DNA from: Nemertoderma westbladi
Lineage: Eukaryota; Animalia; Xenacoelomorpha
Reading direction: 5' to 3'
Length of the DNA: 36,614 bases
NCBI GenBank assembly: GCA_032718475.1
Contig: JAUCBJ010002147.1
Span: 1-36,614, forward strand
Under the pieces are notes generated by a model. It did not search any database, was not told the DNA's origin, and saw only the letters and a list, made by a program, of their open reading frames with translations. Shown piece after piece: positions 11,501 to 21,300 of the stretch; the first letter of the stretch is position 1, and every line of letters starts with the position of its first letter. Position numbers and translations under genes: made by a program.

Positions 11501-13440
11501 TAGTCATTGTAGGCACCGATGGATGGATTGAATATATGGTCATATTTAGAAAGAAGAGACTCAACCTGTTTCTTTTGAGAAGAACTTAGCTGGTTGTCGG
11601 GGTCGATTGAAATTGTAGATGAGAAAGAATAAACAGTATCAGGGACAACTTTCGGTTGTATAGAGGCAATGAATGGCAGGGTGAATTGGTGGTTTTCATA
11701 TACAACAGATTGTATTTGGGCAATATGTTGTGATTTTTTTAAAGCAATTGGTGATCCAGAATGGTTTGGTATACGTATTGTGTTCTCAATCACACGTGTG
11801 ATATAAGGTGCGGGCCATGAACCATGTAGAGGAGAATCAAAGCGAGGTTGTAATGCAATTTCTCCATGGTAACCAGTGAGCGAGTTATTGCAAACCTCAA
11901 GAAAATCGCCAGGATAGAGTACAGTTGAGGTGGGATTTCGCAAGACACAACTTTGAACAAACTTTATACTTGAATTTGGAGAAGAATGATCACCATATGG
12001 GATAGCCCTACCAGCTAAAATGATTTCCTGACTGGCCATGTGAACCTCAATTCCATTCCTAACACAGAAAGGAACTCCGCCGAGAACATCGGTATCCATG
12101 GATTCACAGACCAATGCATCGAGTTCCAACTCAGTACAACCATGCCAAAGGGATATGTGTACCTCACCAAGGGTCTTAATAAGCGATTTGTCGAGTTGCC
12201 GGGCACTCTGTGTAGATTTGGTAAATTTGATTCCAGCTGATATAGCAAATGCCTGAGATATGAGGCTAGATGTTGCACCCGAATCAACAGTGATCCTACA
12301 GGGTTTGCAACCAAAAAAGGCATAAAAATAAGGAGATATCATACATTGAATGCGATTGATACTTGATGAGTAGACACATTTAGCATCAGGAGTAGGATCG
12401 TCTTCATCATCGTAGATAAAAATATCAGGATCATCACCTTCAGAAGTCTCAACTGTGAAAGCTTTCATTAAGGATAAACGATCAGAACGTGAAAGAGCCC
12501 AACAGGAATCGATGTCATGACCTGTGTAAGGTTTTGAACAGGCCTTACAAAATGCGCAACATTTTGAGTTATTAGATCGGTTTTGACCTGTATCAGAACG
12601 ACGGGGTGTGGTGCGTGAAGCAAAGCGTTGTGTAAATCGGGGAGGAGGAACACGAGGACGATTACGAAACTGCGAAGTATTCGAAAAATCGATTTGAGAA
12701 ACATTAGCTGCAACACTAGCAACATCAGCTTGGGTATTCATTTCCAGAAGAAAGGAGTCGATCAAGCCGACCACAAGGGGTTGAATGTCTTTGAGTGACA
12801 TTTTCTGCAAATCATGAGCATATTGACGTTGTATAAAGCCAGGAAGGCGATTATCTATTTTCTCCAACCAATAAAGTACAGCAAAGCGCTCTAGTGTAGG
12901 AGACATACGCTCATCCTGTGCCACGATACTGCCATTAAATAATAAGCCTGATGCCCTACACAAAAGATTATCATGAATGTGAGCACGGATTCGCTGAAAA
13001 AAAGTTTCGTAACGCTCACCCTCTTCGCGCTTCATCGCTGAAAGGTTTAAGAAATTGGACTCAGAACGTTGGAATCCATAATGTAAACGGATCCGCTGCC
13101 AAATCCACTGCAAAGATATACTGTCTTCTTGAAGGGCTGGACGGATAGTACTAGGAGCATGTGCTGCGATGAAACCCAGCATGCGTTCAAGAAGAATAAC
13201 TTTCTTTGCAGCAGTACGACGTGGATTAGCAGCTGCATCGTCATCAGTAAACCCGCGGAGCGGATCGTCAATTTGTGGAGTCCATGTTGAATCGAGGAAT
13301 ATTGTAAATTCATCAGAAGTCGAAAGTTGGAATAATAAGTTCTGTTTCCAATTGTTAAAAGATGAAATCGATTCTGATTCTGTAAGATTCCACTGTTTTG
13401 GAGGTTTTAGTGACATTACTGCAGTACTGTACGGTACCAC
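8512..13440 (-). CDS. Gag-Pol polyprotein (1642 aa as called): Gag with Cys/His knuckle, aspartic protease, reverse transcriptase, RNase H, integrase
   Basis: Knuckle CAFCKAC...H...C; protease VDSGAT; RT SDLTKSFFQI, MGMPGS, LADDLY; RNase H VDAA/EVEALA/LTDNQ/ISDYHSR; integrase H-H-CEIC plus D (LAADVI), D (VRVDGSP), E (AEKANQE). No stops or frameshifts. The true start may be the internal ATG (MSLKPPKQW). Confidence 0.95.
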   Translation of the reverse strand: MVPYSTAVMSLKPPKQWNLTESESISSFNNWKQNLLFQLSTSDEFTIFLDSTWTPQIDDPLRGFTDDDAAANPRRTAAKKVILLERMLGFIAAHAPSTIRPALQEDSISLQWIWQRIRLHYGFQRSESNFLNLSAMKREEGERYETFFQRIRAHIHDNLLCRASGLLFNGSIVAQDERMSPTLERFAVLYWLEKIDNRLPGFIQRQYAHDLQKMSLKDIQPLVVGLIDSFLLEMNTQADVASVAANVSQIDFSNTSQFRNRPRVPPPRFTQRFASRTTPRRSDTGQNRSNNSKCCAFCKACSKPYTGHDIDSCWALSRSDRLSLMKAFTVETSEGDDPDIFIYDDEDDPTPDAKCVYSSSINRIQCMISPYFYAFFGCKPCRITVDSGATSSLISQAFAISAGIKFTKSTQSARQLDKSLIKTLGEVHISLWHGCTELELDALVCESMDTDVLGGVPFCVRNGIEVHMASQEIILAGRAIPYGDHSSPNSSIKFVQSCVLRNPTSTVLYPGDFLEVCNNSLTGYHGEIALQPRFDSPLHGSWPAPYITRVIENTIRIPNHSGSPIALKKSQHIAQIQSVVYENHQFTLPFIASIQPKVVPDTVYSFSSTISIDPDNQLSSSQKKQVESLLSKYDHIFNPSIGAYNDYSGRIRADINMGPVLPPPTKGRIPFYNSSNLSLLQDEADKLEALGVLVKPEDVGIIPQCVSPSFLVNKPDGGKRFVTAFNNITQYTRLIPSTITKCDDVLRHLACFKFLIKSDLTKSFFQIRVAPSSMPYLGTATPYKGIRLYARAAMGMPGSSEWLDELISRVIGDLLQAGFVIKLADDLYTGGDTIHDLLIHWDLLLDKLDRNNLRLSGPKTVIVPKSTTILGWIWKGGSISIGSHKISPLIAVSPPTTCTAMKSFLGAVQDIARCIKGYSSLLSPLEDSIKGLKGQAHISWTPELHSAFQKIQNALRSPNTITIPTPNDRLAISVDAACSIEHKALGATLFITRGTSKLLGGFYSFKLRDHHVKWLPCEVEALAIGSAVHHWSQFIRESIHTTQILTDNQPCVDAWKKLCRGEFSSSARVSTFLTILSSLNVSLVHIKGSDNTISDYHSRHPVSCGYAGCQVCSFVSDIADSVIRSISIGDVLHGKIRMPYYNKSSWRSAQQACPILRKAYGHLKNGSRPNKKDKGGRDLKEYLRVATINDSTDLVVVHRQDPFLVTRELIVVPKDISCGLLTAMHTLFLHPSKSQTSKLFNRYFYAIGSANTINTINDSCEICNSLKKVPRELFEETSSSSPKIVGQRLAADVICRSKQKILVIRDVLSAFTVAAVIPSECASDLRDALITCSIPVKFKSTIVRVDGSPSLRSLENDPTLNNHGILLEFGRVKNINKNPIAEKANQELEGELLRFDPSGGPVSTLSLALGVESLNSRIRHNGLSAKEILFGRDQISGERFSFDDPSLASNLDLKKANNHSYSARSKARGAPPAEAASVKKGHLVFIKSEGSKTHARDRYIVMDIHQGLATLQKLNGNSFGFRKYEVPLERIFSANQSLDWDIHQQLSSEDDDESPDEAIHPISEKSSHSPKDELPAIANGHPPSNQPPRRQSCRMRRPPDRLGVATAEEDRISQDLPDDTLDPWCPGWTQAKWRGDQDYDLK

Positions 13441-13682
13441 TCTACTATATCATTGGAAGTGGATGAGTAAATTAACCGTATAATCGGATACCGGTACTGG
13501 TACAGTAGGCTGGTAAGCTAGGCAGAGAGGCCTATGTGTGCGACATGTGAATTTAGAACACTGACTGCAGGACTGACTGTACTCATTGGTAAGTTTGCTT
13601 GATTAGTAAATTAAACTTCGCTGTTTATTGCCGGATATGTGTGCGCTATGTGAATTCGAACGCCAACTGAGGAGAGATCCGT

Positions 13683-13700
13683 TTTCCCGTGCAGCCACCA
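13683..13700 (-). promoter_or_regulatory. tRNA primer-binding site
   Basis: TGGTGGCTGCACGGGAAA immediately after the 5' LTR (TGG complementary to tRNA CCA). Cognate tRNA not identified. Confidence 0.8.
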
Positions 13701-13963
13701 CGCAAGAACTATGGCACAATCCGGGTATACAGTCCTTCGTTATAAGAAACAAGGAAAGCAAATAAAACGGTACAGCAGTAGTAGTGTATATTAGGTTAAA
13801 ATAATACAGTCCTTCATTATATAGTTACACTCACGGTACACAGCAATCATGCAGTACAGGAAAGAATCTAAGTCGGCCGGAAGTACCACCATCACCAAAG
13901 ACTAAAGCCACCAGGCAAATATACAGTATATCGCCAGAGTATATTAGAACTACAGTATGGCGC
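13701..13963 (-). repeat. 5' LTR
   Basis: Identical copy of 8212-8474, adjacent to the PBS. Confidence 0.95.
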
Positions 13964-14712
13964 TACCTATAGAAACAGTGGACTTCACACCTGCCGAACT
14001 CCAAAGAAGCATTAAAAGCATGTCAAATAATAAAGCGAGTGGATTAGATGAAATCCCTGCGGAGGTATGGAAAACAGGAGTACTAAACAGACTATTATTG
14101 GATGTTTGCAACCGGATGTTAAAAGGGGAAAAGCCACCACCAATTTGGACTAAAGGTCAACTAAAGCCTCTCCCTAAGAAATGAGACCTCGGTGTACCAA
14201 CAAACTATCGTGGGATCTGTCTGCTTGTGGTAGCTGCCAAAATAGGCCACCAAATGCTTCGATATAGAATTAGACCTCACATAGACAACTGCTGCTTAAG
14301 AGCCAAAACGGATTTCGACCAAATAGATCAACAATAGATCAGATACTTGCGCTACGGAGGCTGGTTGAAGGAATTAAGTCAAAGAATCTCCCCGCAGTCA
14401 TGACTTTTGTGGACTTCAAGAAGGCATTCGACTCCATCCATAGATGTAAAATGCTGGAAATCCTAAGAGCTTATGGAATACCAGAAGTAATTGTTGCTGG
14501 CATTGGATTGCTATATTGTGACACAGATGCGCAGGTACTCTCACCAGATGGTGAAACTGAGTTTTTCTCAATCCTGGCTGGCGTACTGCAAGGTGACACA
14601 TTTGCACCATTACTATTTGTAATTGTGCTGGATTACGCAATGAGGACGGCCACAAAGGGTGAAGATCTGGGATTCACACTACCAGAACGCAGAAGTAGTA
14701 GATATCCGGAAA
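13964..14712 (+). mobile_element. RTE-like non-LTR retrotransposon RT fragment, decayed and truncated at both ends
   Basis: KASGLDEIPAEVWK, PLPKK*DL (in-frame TGA), frameshift near 14290, FVDFKKAFDSIHR, GVLQGDTFAPLLF; ends at RRSSRYP before the catalytic DD motif. Confidence 0.9.
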
Positions 14713-15084
14713 CTTGGTCAGTGGAAACCTCTTAGAAATTCTTGTGAAAAGTTGGACAAATAATATGGAATTTGTAGTTTGTGCTGTAGGCCTATATAGA
14801 GCTGTTTTTCCATGACATTGTTTTGGCTCTTGTTTTGATTCTTTTATTAACGTTATACTGTAATGTAGTTATAACTGTACCGGTAGTTTATATTATTATA
14901 CAGTAAAATCTGTTCCCCTGGTGGTATGAATTTTGATTGCGTTAAAATCCCCCCCCCCCCCCCCCCCCCCCCCCCTATCTAGAAAATACAAAGAAATCTA
15001 GAAATAAAAAGAATGTCCTTCTTCTTTTTCCTTTGTATACTTCCACCGTTTTCGTACGATTGCATAGGTTCCTTTTATTTTTAG

Positions 15085-15314
15085 GGAACTGCGGTGGTTA
15101 TAACTCTATATCCAGTCCTTTAAATCTAACTTCTCCTCGCGACCCCAATGGGTTATACAGTAAAGATCAACGTTGCTATTACGGTATAGTAGCGCCTGTC
15201 CAACATCATATCAAGTTAACATTCAGCGAGTTTCAAATGGCCGGCCCAGGTAATTGTTCGGATGGAGAATTACCTAGTTATTATCGGAGTTTACCAGATG
15301 ACGACTTTGTGCAG
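15085..15314 (+). CDS. CUB gene exon A (CUB a, N-half)
   Basis: ttttag|GG AAC TGC GGT GGT: NCGGYNSISSPLNLTSP...RCYYGIVAP...DDFVQ|gtgagc. Confidence 0.9.
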
Positions 15315-18300
15315 GTGAGCTGACCTAAATATTCGCACGTGTATACAGTAGCAGTGGCGTGGCGTATTTAAGGGAGGGGGGGGGGGGGGGGGGCAAAGTC
15401 AACCCCCTTTGTGTCGTCTAAATATGTGCTTTAAAAAGTTAACATTTTTAAACTTTTAGTATTGAATTGGAGTATAATTTAGGCTCGTTTGGCCAAGGTA
15501 TGCCTGTTCACCACCATTGGTGATCTTCTACAGTAAACCCTTTCACTCTGTTTCCCAATGAATAGCTGTTCACCAGCATTGGTGATCTTCTCCAGTAAAC
15601 CCTTCCACTCTGTTTCCTAAAGGAATGCCTGTTCACCAACATGGGTGATCTTCCACAGTAAACCCTTCCAATCTGGCCACCAAGGAATGCCTGTTCACCA
15701 CTATGGGTGATCTTCCACATTAAACCTCTATTTTCCTCAAGGAATGCATGTTCACCACCATTGGTGATCTTCCACAGTAAACCCTTCCACTCTGGCCCCC
15801 AAGGAATGCCTATTCACCACTATGGGTGAACTTCCACAGTAAACCACTATTTTCCTAAAGAAATGCCTATTAACCACCATGGTTGATCTTCTACAGTAAA
15901 CCCTTCCACTCAGTGTTTCCTAAAGGAATGCCTGTTCACAAACATAGGTGATCTTCCACAGTAAACCACTCTTTTCCTATAGGAATACATGCTCACCACC
16001 ATGGGTGATCTTCCACAGTAAACCCTTCCACTCTGCCCCCCAAGGAATGCATGTTCACCACCATGGGTGATCTTGTACAGTAAACCCTTCCACTCTGTTT
16101 CCTAAAGCAATGCCTGTTCACAAACATGGGTGATCTTCCACAGTAAACCACTATTTTTCTAAAGGAATGCATGTTCAACACTATGGGTGATCTTCCACAG
16201 TAAACCCTTCCACTCTTGCCCCCAAAAAATGCCTATTCACCACTATGGGTGAACTTCCACAGTAAACCACTATTTTACTAAAGAAATGCCTGTTCACCAC
16301 CATGGGTGATCTTCTACAGTAAACCATTCCACTCAGTTTCCTAAAGGAATGCCTGATCACAAACATGGGTGATCTTCCACAGTAAACAACTCTTTTTCTA
16401 AAGGAATGTATGTTTACCACCATGGGTGATCTTCCACAGTAAACCCTTCCACTCTGTCCCCCAAGAAATGCCTGTTAACCACCGTCCACCATGGGTGATC
16501 TTCTACAGTAAACCCTTCCACTCTGTTTCCTAAAGGGATGTCTTTACACAAACATGGGTGATCTTCCACAGTAAACCACTATTTTCCTAAAGGAATGCAT
16601 GTTCACCACCATGGGTGATCTTCCACAGTAAACCCTTCCACTCTGCCCCCCCCCCCCCCCCCAGGAATGCCTGTTCACCACCATGGGTGATCTTCCACAG
16701 TAAACCCTTCCACTCTGGCCCCCAAGGAATGCCTGTTCACCACTATGGGTGATCTTCCACAGTAAACCCTTCCACTCTGTTTCCTAAGGGAATGCCTGTT
16801 CGCCACCATGGGTAATCTTCCTCAGTAAACCCTTCCACTCTGGCCCCCAAGGAATGCCTGTTCACCACCATTGGTGATCTTCCACAGTAAACCCTTCCAC
16901 TCTCGCCCCCAAGGAATGCCTGTTCTCCACTATAGGAATGCCTGTTCACCACTATAGGTGATCTTCCACAGTAAACCTTTCGACTCTGTTTCCAAAAGGA
17001 ATGCCTGTTCACCACTATGTGTGGTGATCTTCCACAGTAAACCCTTCCACTCTGGCCCCCAAGGAATGCCTGTTCACCACTAAGGGTGATCTTCCACAGT
17101 AAACCCTTCCACTCTGCTTCCTAAAGGAATCCCTGTTTACCACTATGGGTGATCTTCCACAGTAAACCCTTCCACTCTGGCCCCCAAGGAATGCCTGTTC
17201 ACCACTATGGGTGATCTTCCACAGTAAACCCTTCCAGTCTGTCTCCTAAAGGAATGCCTGTTCACCTCCATTGGTGATCTTCCACAGTAAACCCTTCCAC
17301 TCTGTTTTCTAAAGGAATGCCTGTTCACCACCATGGATGATTTTCCACAGTAAACCCTTCCACTCTGTTTCCATAAGGAAATCCTGTTCACCACCATGGG
17401 TGATCTTCCACAGTAAACTCTTCCACTCTGTTTCCTAAAGGAATGCCTGTTCACCACCATGGGTGATCTTCCACAGTAAACCCTTCCACTCTGTTTCCAT
17501 AAGGAATGCCTGTTCACCACCATGGGTGATCTTCCACAGTAAACCCTTCCACTCTGTTTCCTAAAGGAATGCCTGTTCACCACCATGGGTGATCTTCCAC
17601 AGTAAACCCTTCCACTCTGTTTCCTAAATGAATGCCTGTTCACCATTATGGGTGATCTTCCACAGTAAACCCTTCCACTCTGGCCCCCAAGGAATGCTTG
17701 TTCACCACCATGTATGATCTTCCACAGTAAACCCTTCCAGTCTGTTTCCTAAAGGAATGCCTGTTCACCTCCATTGGTGATCTTCCACAGTAAACCCTTC
17801 CACTTTGGTTCCAAAAGGAATGCCTGTTAACCACCATGGGTGATCTTCCACAGTAAACCCTTCCACTCTGTTTCCTAAAGGAATGCCTGTTCACCTCCAT
17901 TGGTGATCTTCCACAGTAAACCCTTCCACTCTGTTTTCTATAGGAATGCCTGTTCACCACCATGGGTGATCTTCCACAGTAAACCCTTCCACTCTGGCCC
18001 CCAATGAATGCCTGTTCACCACTATGGGTGATCTTCCACAGTAAACCCTTCCAGTCTGTTTCCTAAGGGAATGCCTGTTCACCTCCATTGGTGATCTTCC
18101 ACAGTAAGCCCTTCCACTCTGTTTTCTAAAGGAATGCCTGTTCACCACCATGGATTATCTTCCACAGTAAACTCTTCCACTCTGTTTTCTAAAGGAATGC
18201 CTGCTCACTACCATGGGTGATCTTCCACAGTAAACCCTTCCACTCTGTTTCCTAAAGGAATGCCTGTTCACCACCATGGGTGATCTTCCACAGTAAACCC

Positions 18301-21300
18301 TTCCACTCTGTTTCCTAAAGGAATGCCTGTTTACTACCATGGGTGATCTTCCACAGTAAACCCTTCCACTCTGTTTCCTAAAGGAATGCCTGTTCACCAC
18401 CATGGGTGATCTTCCACAGTAAACCCTTCCACTCTGTTTCCTAAAGGAATGCCTGTTCACCACCATGGGTGATCTTCCACAGTAAACCCTTCCACTCTGT
18501 TTCCTAAAGGAATGCCTGTTTACTACCATGGGTGATCTTCCACAGTAAACCCGTCCACTCTGTTTCCTAAAGGAATGCCTGTTTACTACCATGGGTGATC
18601 TTCCACAGTAAACCCTTCCACTCTGTTTCCCAAGTTGCCTTTGTTCCAATTTATCGACCACTGAAGGATGAAAGCCAGGATTGTGCTAGACTGCAGCATT
18701 TACGGCACGGTGCCCAAATAGTGCTGCCTCATTAGGGACCAAACTATGTCTTCTGGTCGAAAGCACAGGAATAATTAAAAGTTAATACTTAAATAAAAAT
18801 AAATTAATTTCAGAAATGTACACTCGTTAATTTTCTATAAAAGATATTGTAGCAACGCAATGTTGCAAGGAATCTATGATATATAGTTTAAGTGTAGTTT
18901 ATTTTGGTTTCAATTGTTATTATTCATATTAGGTTTCCTATTGGTCTCTTTACCGGGACAGCTACCGGAATATTTACTGCGGTTCTACACTACCTCCCGA
19001 GATTATATCTTTCGATCGATCGATTAAAATTCTCTTCCGATCCAATGATGATAATAAGGTCGATACAGGGTTTGTAGTTACAGCGACGCCAGGTAATTAA
19101 TCATTTATCAGATATTTTTATCAGGTTATACTGAAGACTTAACATGTTAAGCGCCAATTACTTAAGTAATGTTCACTTATTCAATGTAAACCAAATCTCT
19201 ACAGTATATCGCAACTGAAATCAAATAAATTTTTAATAAATTTATTCTTTATAAATAATTTATTGGTGGTGGAATGAAGGTGTATTATTTACATATGGTA
19301 TGATTACACTCTCCATAGCAAAACAACAAAACAATTAATAAATTAATAAGAATATCATAGCCAGACTGCCTCTTTATAGAGATATGTGGGTACGATCTAA
19401 TGTGTTCGATAACTGTTACTTCATGTCTTTTTGTGCCTTTTATGTTGTTAAACATATATTATAGTATCAACACGCTGCCATTATTAACATATGTGAATGA
19501 CTCCAGAAATTAAGTATCGTTTAATTTATTTTATTAAATATTCCCGTACAATATTTTTCCAGTTTGTGGGTATTTTATTAACGCGACTGAGGACGGTTTC
19601 ATAAGGTCACCTGGATACCCGGAACGGCCCATAGGATTCACACAAGGGATAGATTGTAGATGGTACCTATCGCTCCAACACCCAAGTTAGTTCTGTACTA
19701 TTATATTTCATGTTATTAACTACTAGTACTAGGATTGGCATGCTGCATTGCAGCTGCATTTTTAAGACTGCTGTGCCGGCTTATCGACAAAATTGCACCG
19801 CCACAACTCCCTATCACCCATGATATTTGCTAGATCATCCGCATCTTCAAGGCCAGTGTCCTTTAAGGTGCGGCTCAAGAAAGTCATGGGCTGTCCACCA
19901 TGCTTATTCACTCCATGAGGCTGCCAAAGTACAAGAATATGCACTGGCTGGTGCTCACGGCGAAAGCAATGTCCTGCAAAGCGGAGGCGATTTTGTTCTA
20001 GTGTCAAGCTTGGGGGAACCAATGAGATACCTCCAATGTTATATAGTGTCTGGTTGGAGATGTGTGCATTGTACTTGACACAATGAACCCGGCGTAGCAT
20101 TCTTGTGAATGTGCCATCCAGAGATTTGGTGTCCTCAGCAGTTAGAGCCCAGCATGGACTCCCATAGAGGAGTACTGGAACTACTGCTGCTCTAAATAAT
20201 CGGACCTTAAGTTTCCGATTAATTTTCGGTGACTTCCAAATCCTGGAAAGCCTATTCAAGGCTGCCCATACGTATTCGAAGGTCCTCACCTGACTTCCGG
20301 ATCCATGATCCCAGGTAACAGAAGTCATCCACATGCTCAAGCATACCATCTTTTGAGCTTATGCTCATCCGATCAGAGACTTGCTGAGGACTTTCAAAGT
20401 TAACTGTCAAAATTTTGGTCTTTCTGGAGTTAATAAAAAGACCAACACTAGAAGCAGCATGTTCTAATGAGCTGAGGAGCCGTTGGGCTCCCTCTAGTGA
20501 TTCTGAGAGTACTCCTAAGTCATCAGCAAAGTCTAGATCAGTTAGATACTTGGCAGAATTTCCTCTACTTCTGGAGCCAGTAGGTGGAGTTATCATCACC
20601 CCATCATCATTATGATGATCTAAGGACATGCGTAGAACATAGTCAACAACAATTATGAACAAGAATGGTGCAAGTGTATCTCCCTGGAGGACTCCCCATA
20701 ATACTTCAAATGGTTCTGTGTCACCGTCAACAGTAGACACAAATGTTGTTGAACCATCGTATACTGATCTGATTGCTGCAATCAGGAATCCCATATAATG
20801 AAAGTATGCTGAACATACGTGAGCGAGAGACTGAATCAAAGGCCTTGAAGAAGTCAACAAAGATAACAGCCAGATGCCTGTCTTTCTTTTTTGATAATTC
20901 TTCAATTATCCTTCTAAGTGCCAAAATGGGCTCCATGGTCCCACGACCTTTACGGAACCCATTCTGATTTCCACGGAGCAGTCTCTCAATTGGATCCCTG
21001 ATGCGATTTAATAGAATTCTATTGTATAGCTTTGCAGCAATCGAGATCAATGAGATTCCCCGAAAAGAACCATAGAGTGTTAGGTTGCCCTTCTTGGGAA
21101 CTGGCACCAACTTATTTGTTTTCATTTCTTGTGGGACTCTTGTTGTTCGGTACCTGTCTACTATTATGGGATAGATGAGCTTTAAACACTCAGGTATTTT
21201 AAAGACCTCAGGGGGAACACCATCTACTCCACTGGCACGATTGGTCTTAATGCTCTTTGCAGCAGCCTTCACTTCTGCAATGGAGATATCACCAATGGGA

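Larger units (their letters stand above)
8212..13963 (-). mobile_element. Full-length Gypsy/Ty3-type LTR retrotransposon, recent
   Basis: Two identical 263-bp direct repeats, PBS, PPT, and a single gag-pol ORF in PR-RT-RH-IN order. Confidence 0.97.

Noticed and set aside
9068-13483. Short ORFs overlapping gag-pol on both strands; possible env gene
   Set aside because: Shadow frames with no motifs. Only about 37 bp separate the pol stop from the 3' LTR, leaving no room for env.
13957-14184. LTR-derived ATG in frame with the LINE RT fragment
   Set aside because: Chance fusion that ends at a premature TGA after 75 codons and is antisense to the LTR promoter.
15508-18661. Minus-strand 21-aa repeat ORFs (GRVYCGRSP) resembling the CUB GxYCG motif
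   Set aside because: Antisense to the CUB gene and broken by 62-bp units. The similarity is short and probably coincidental.
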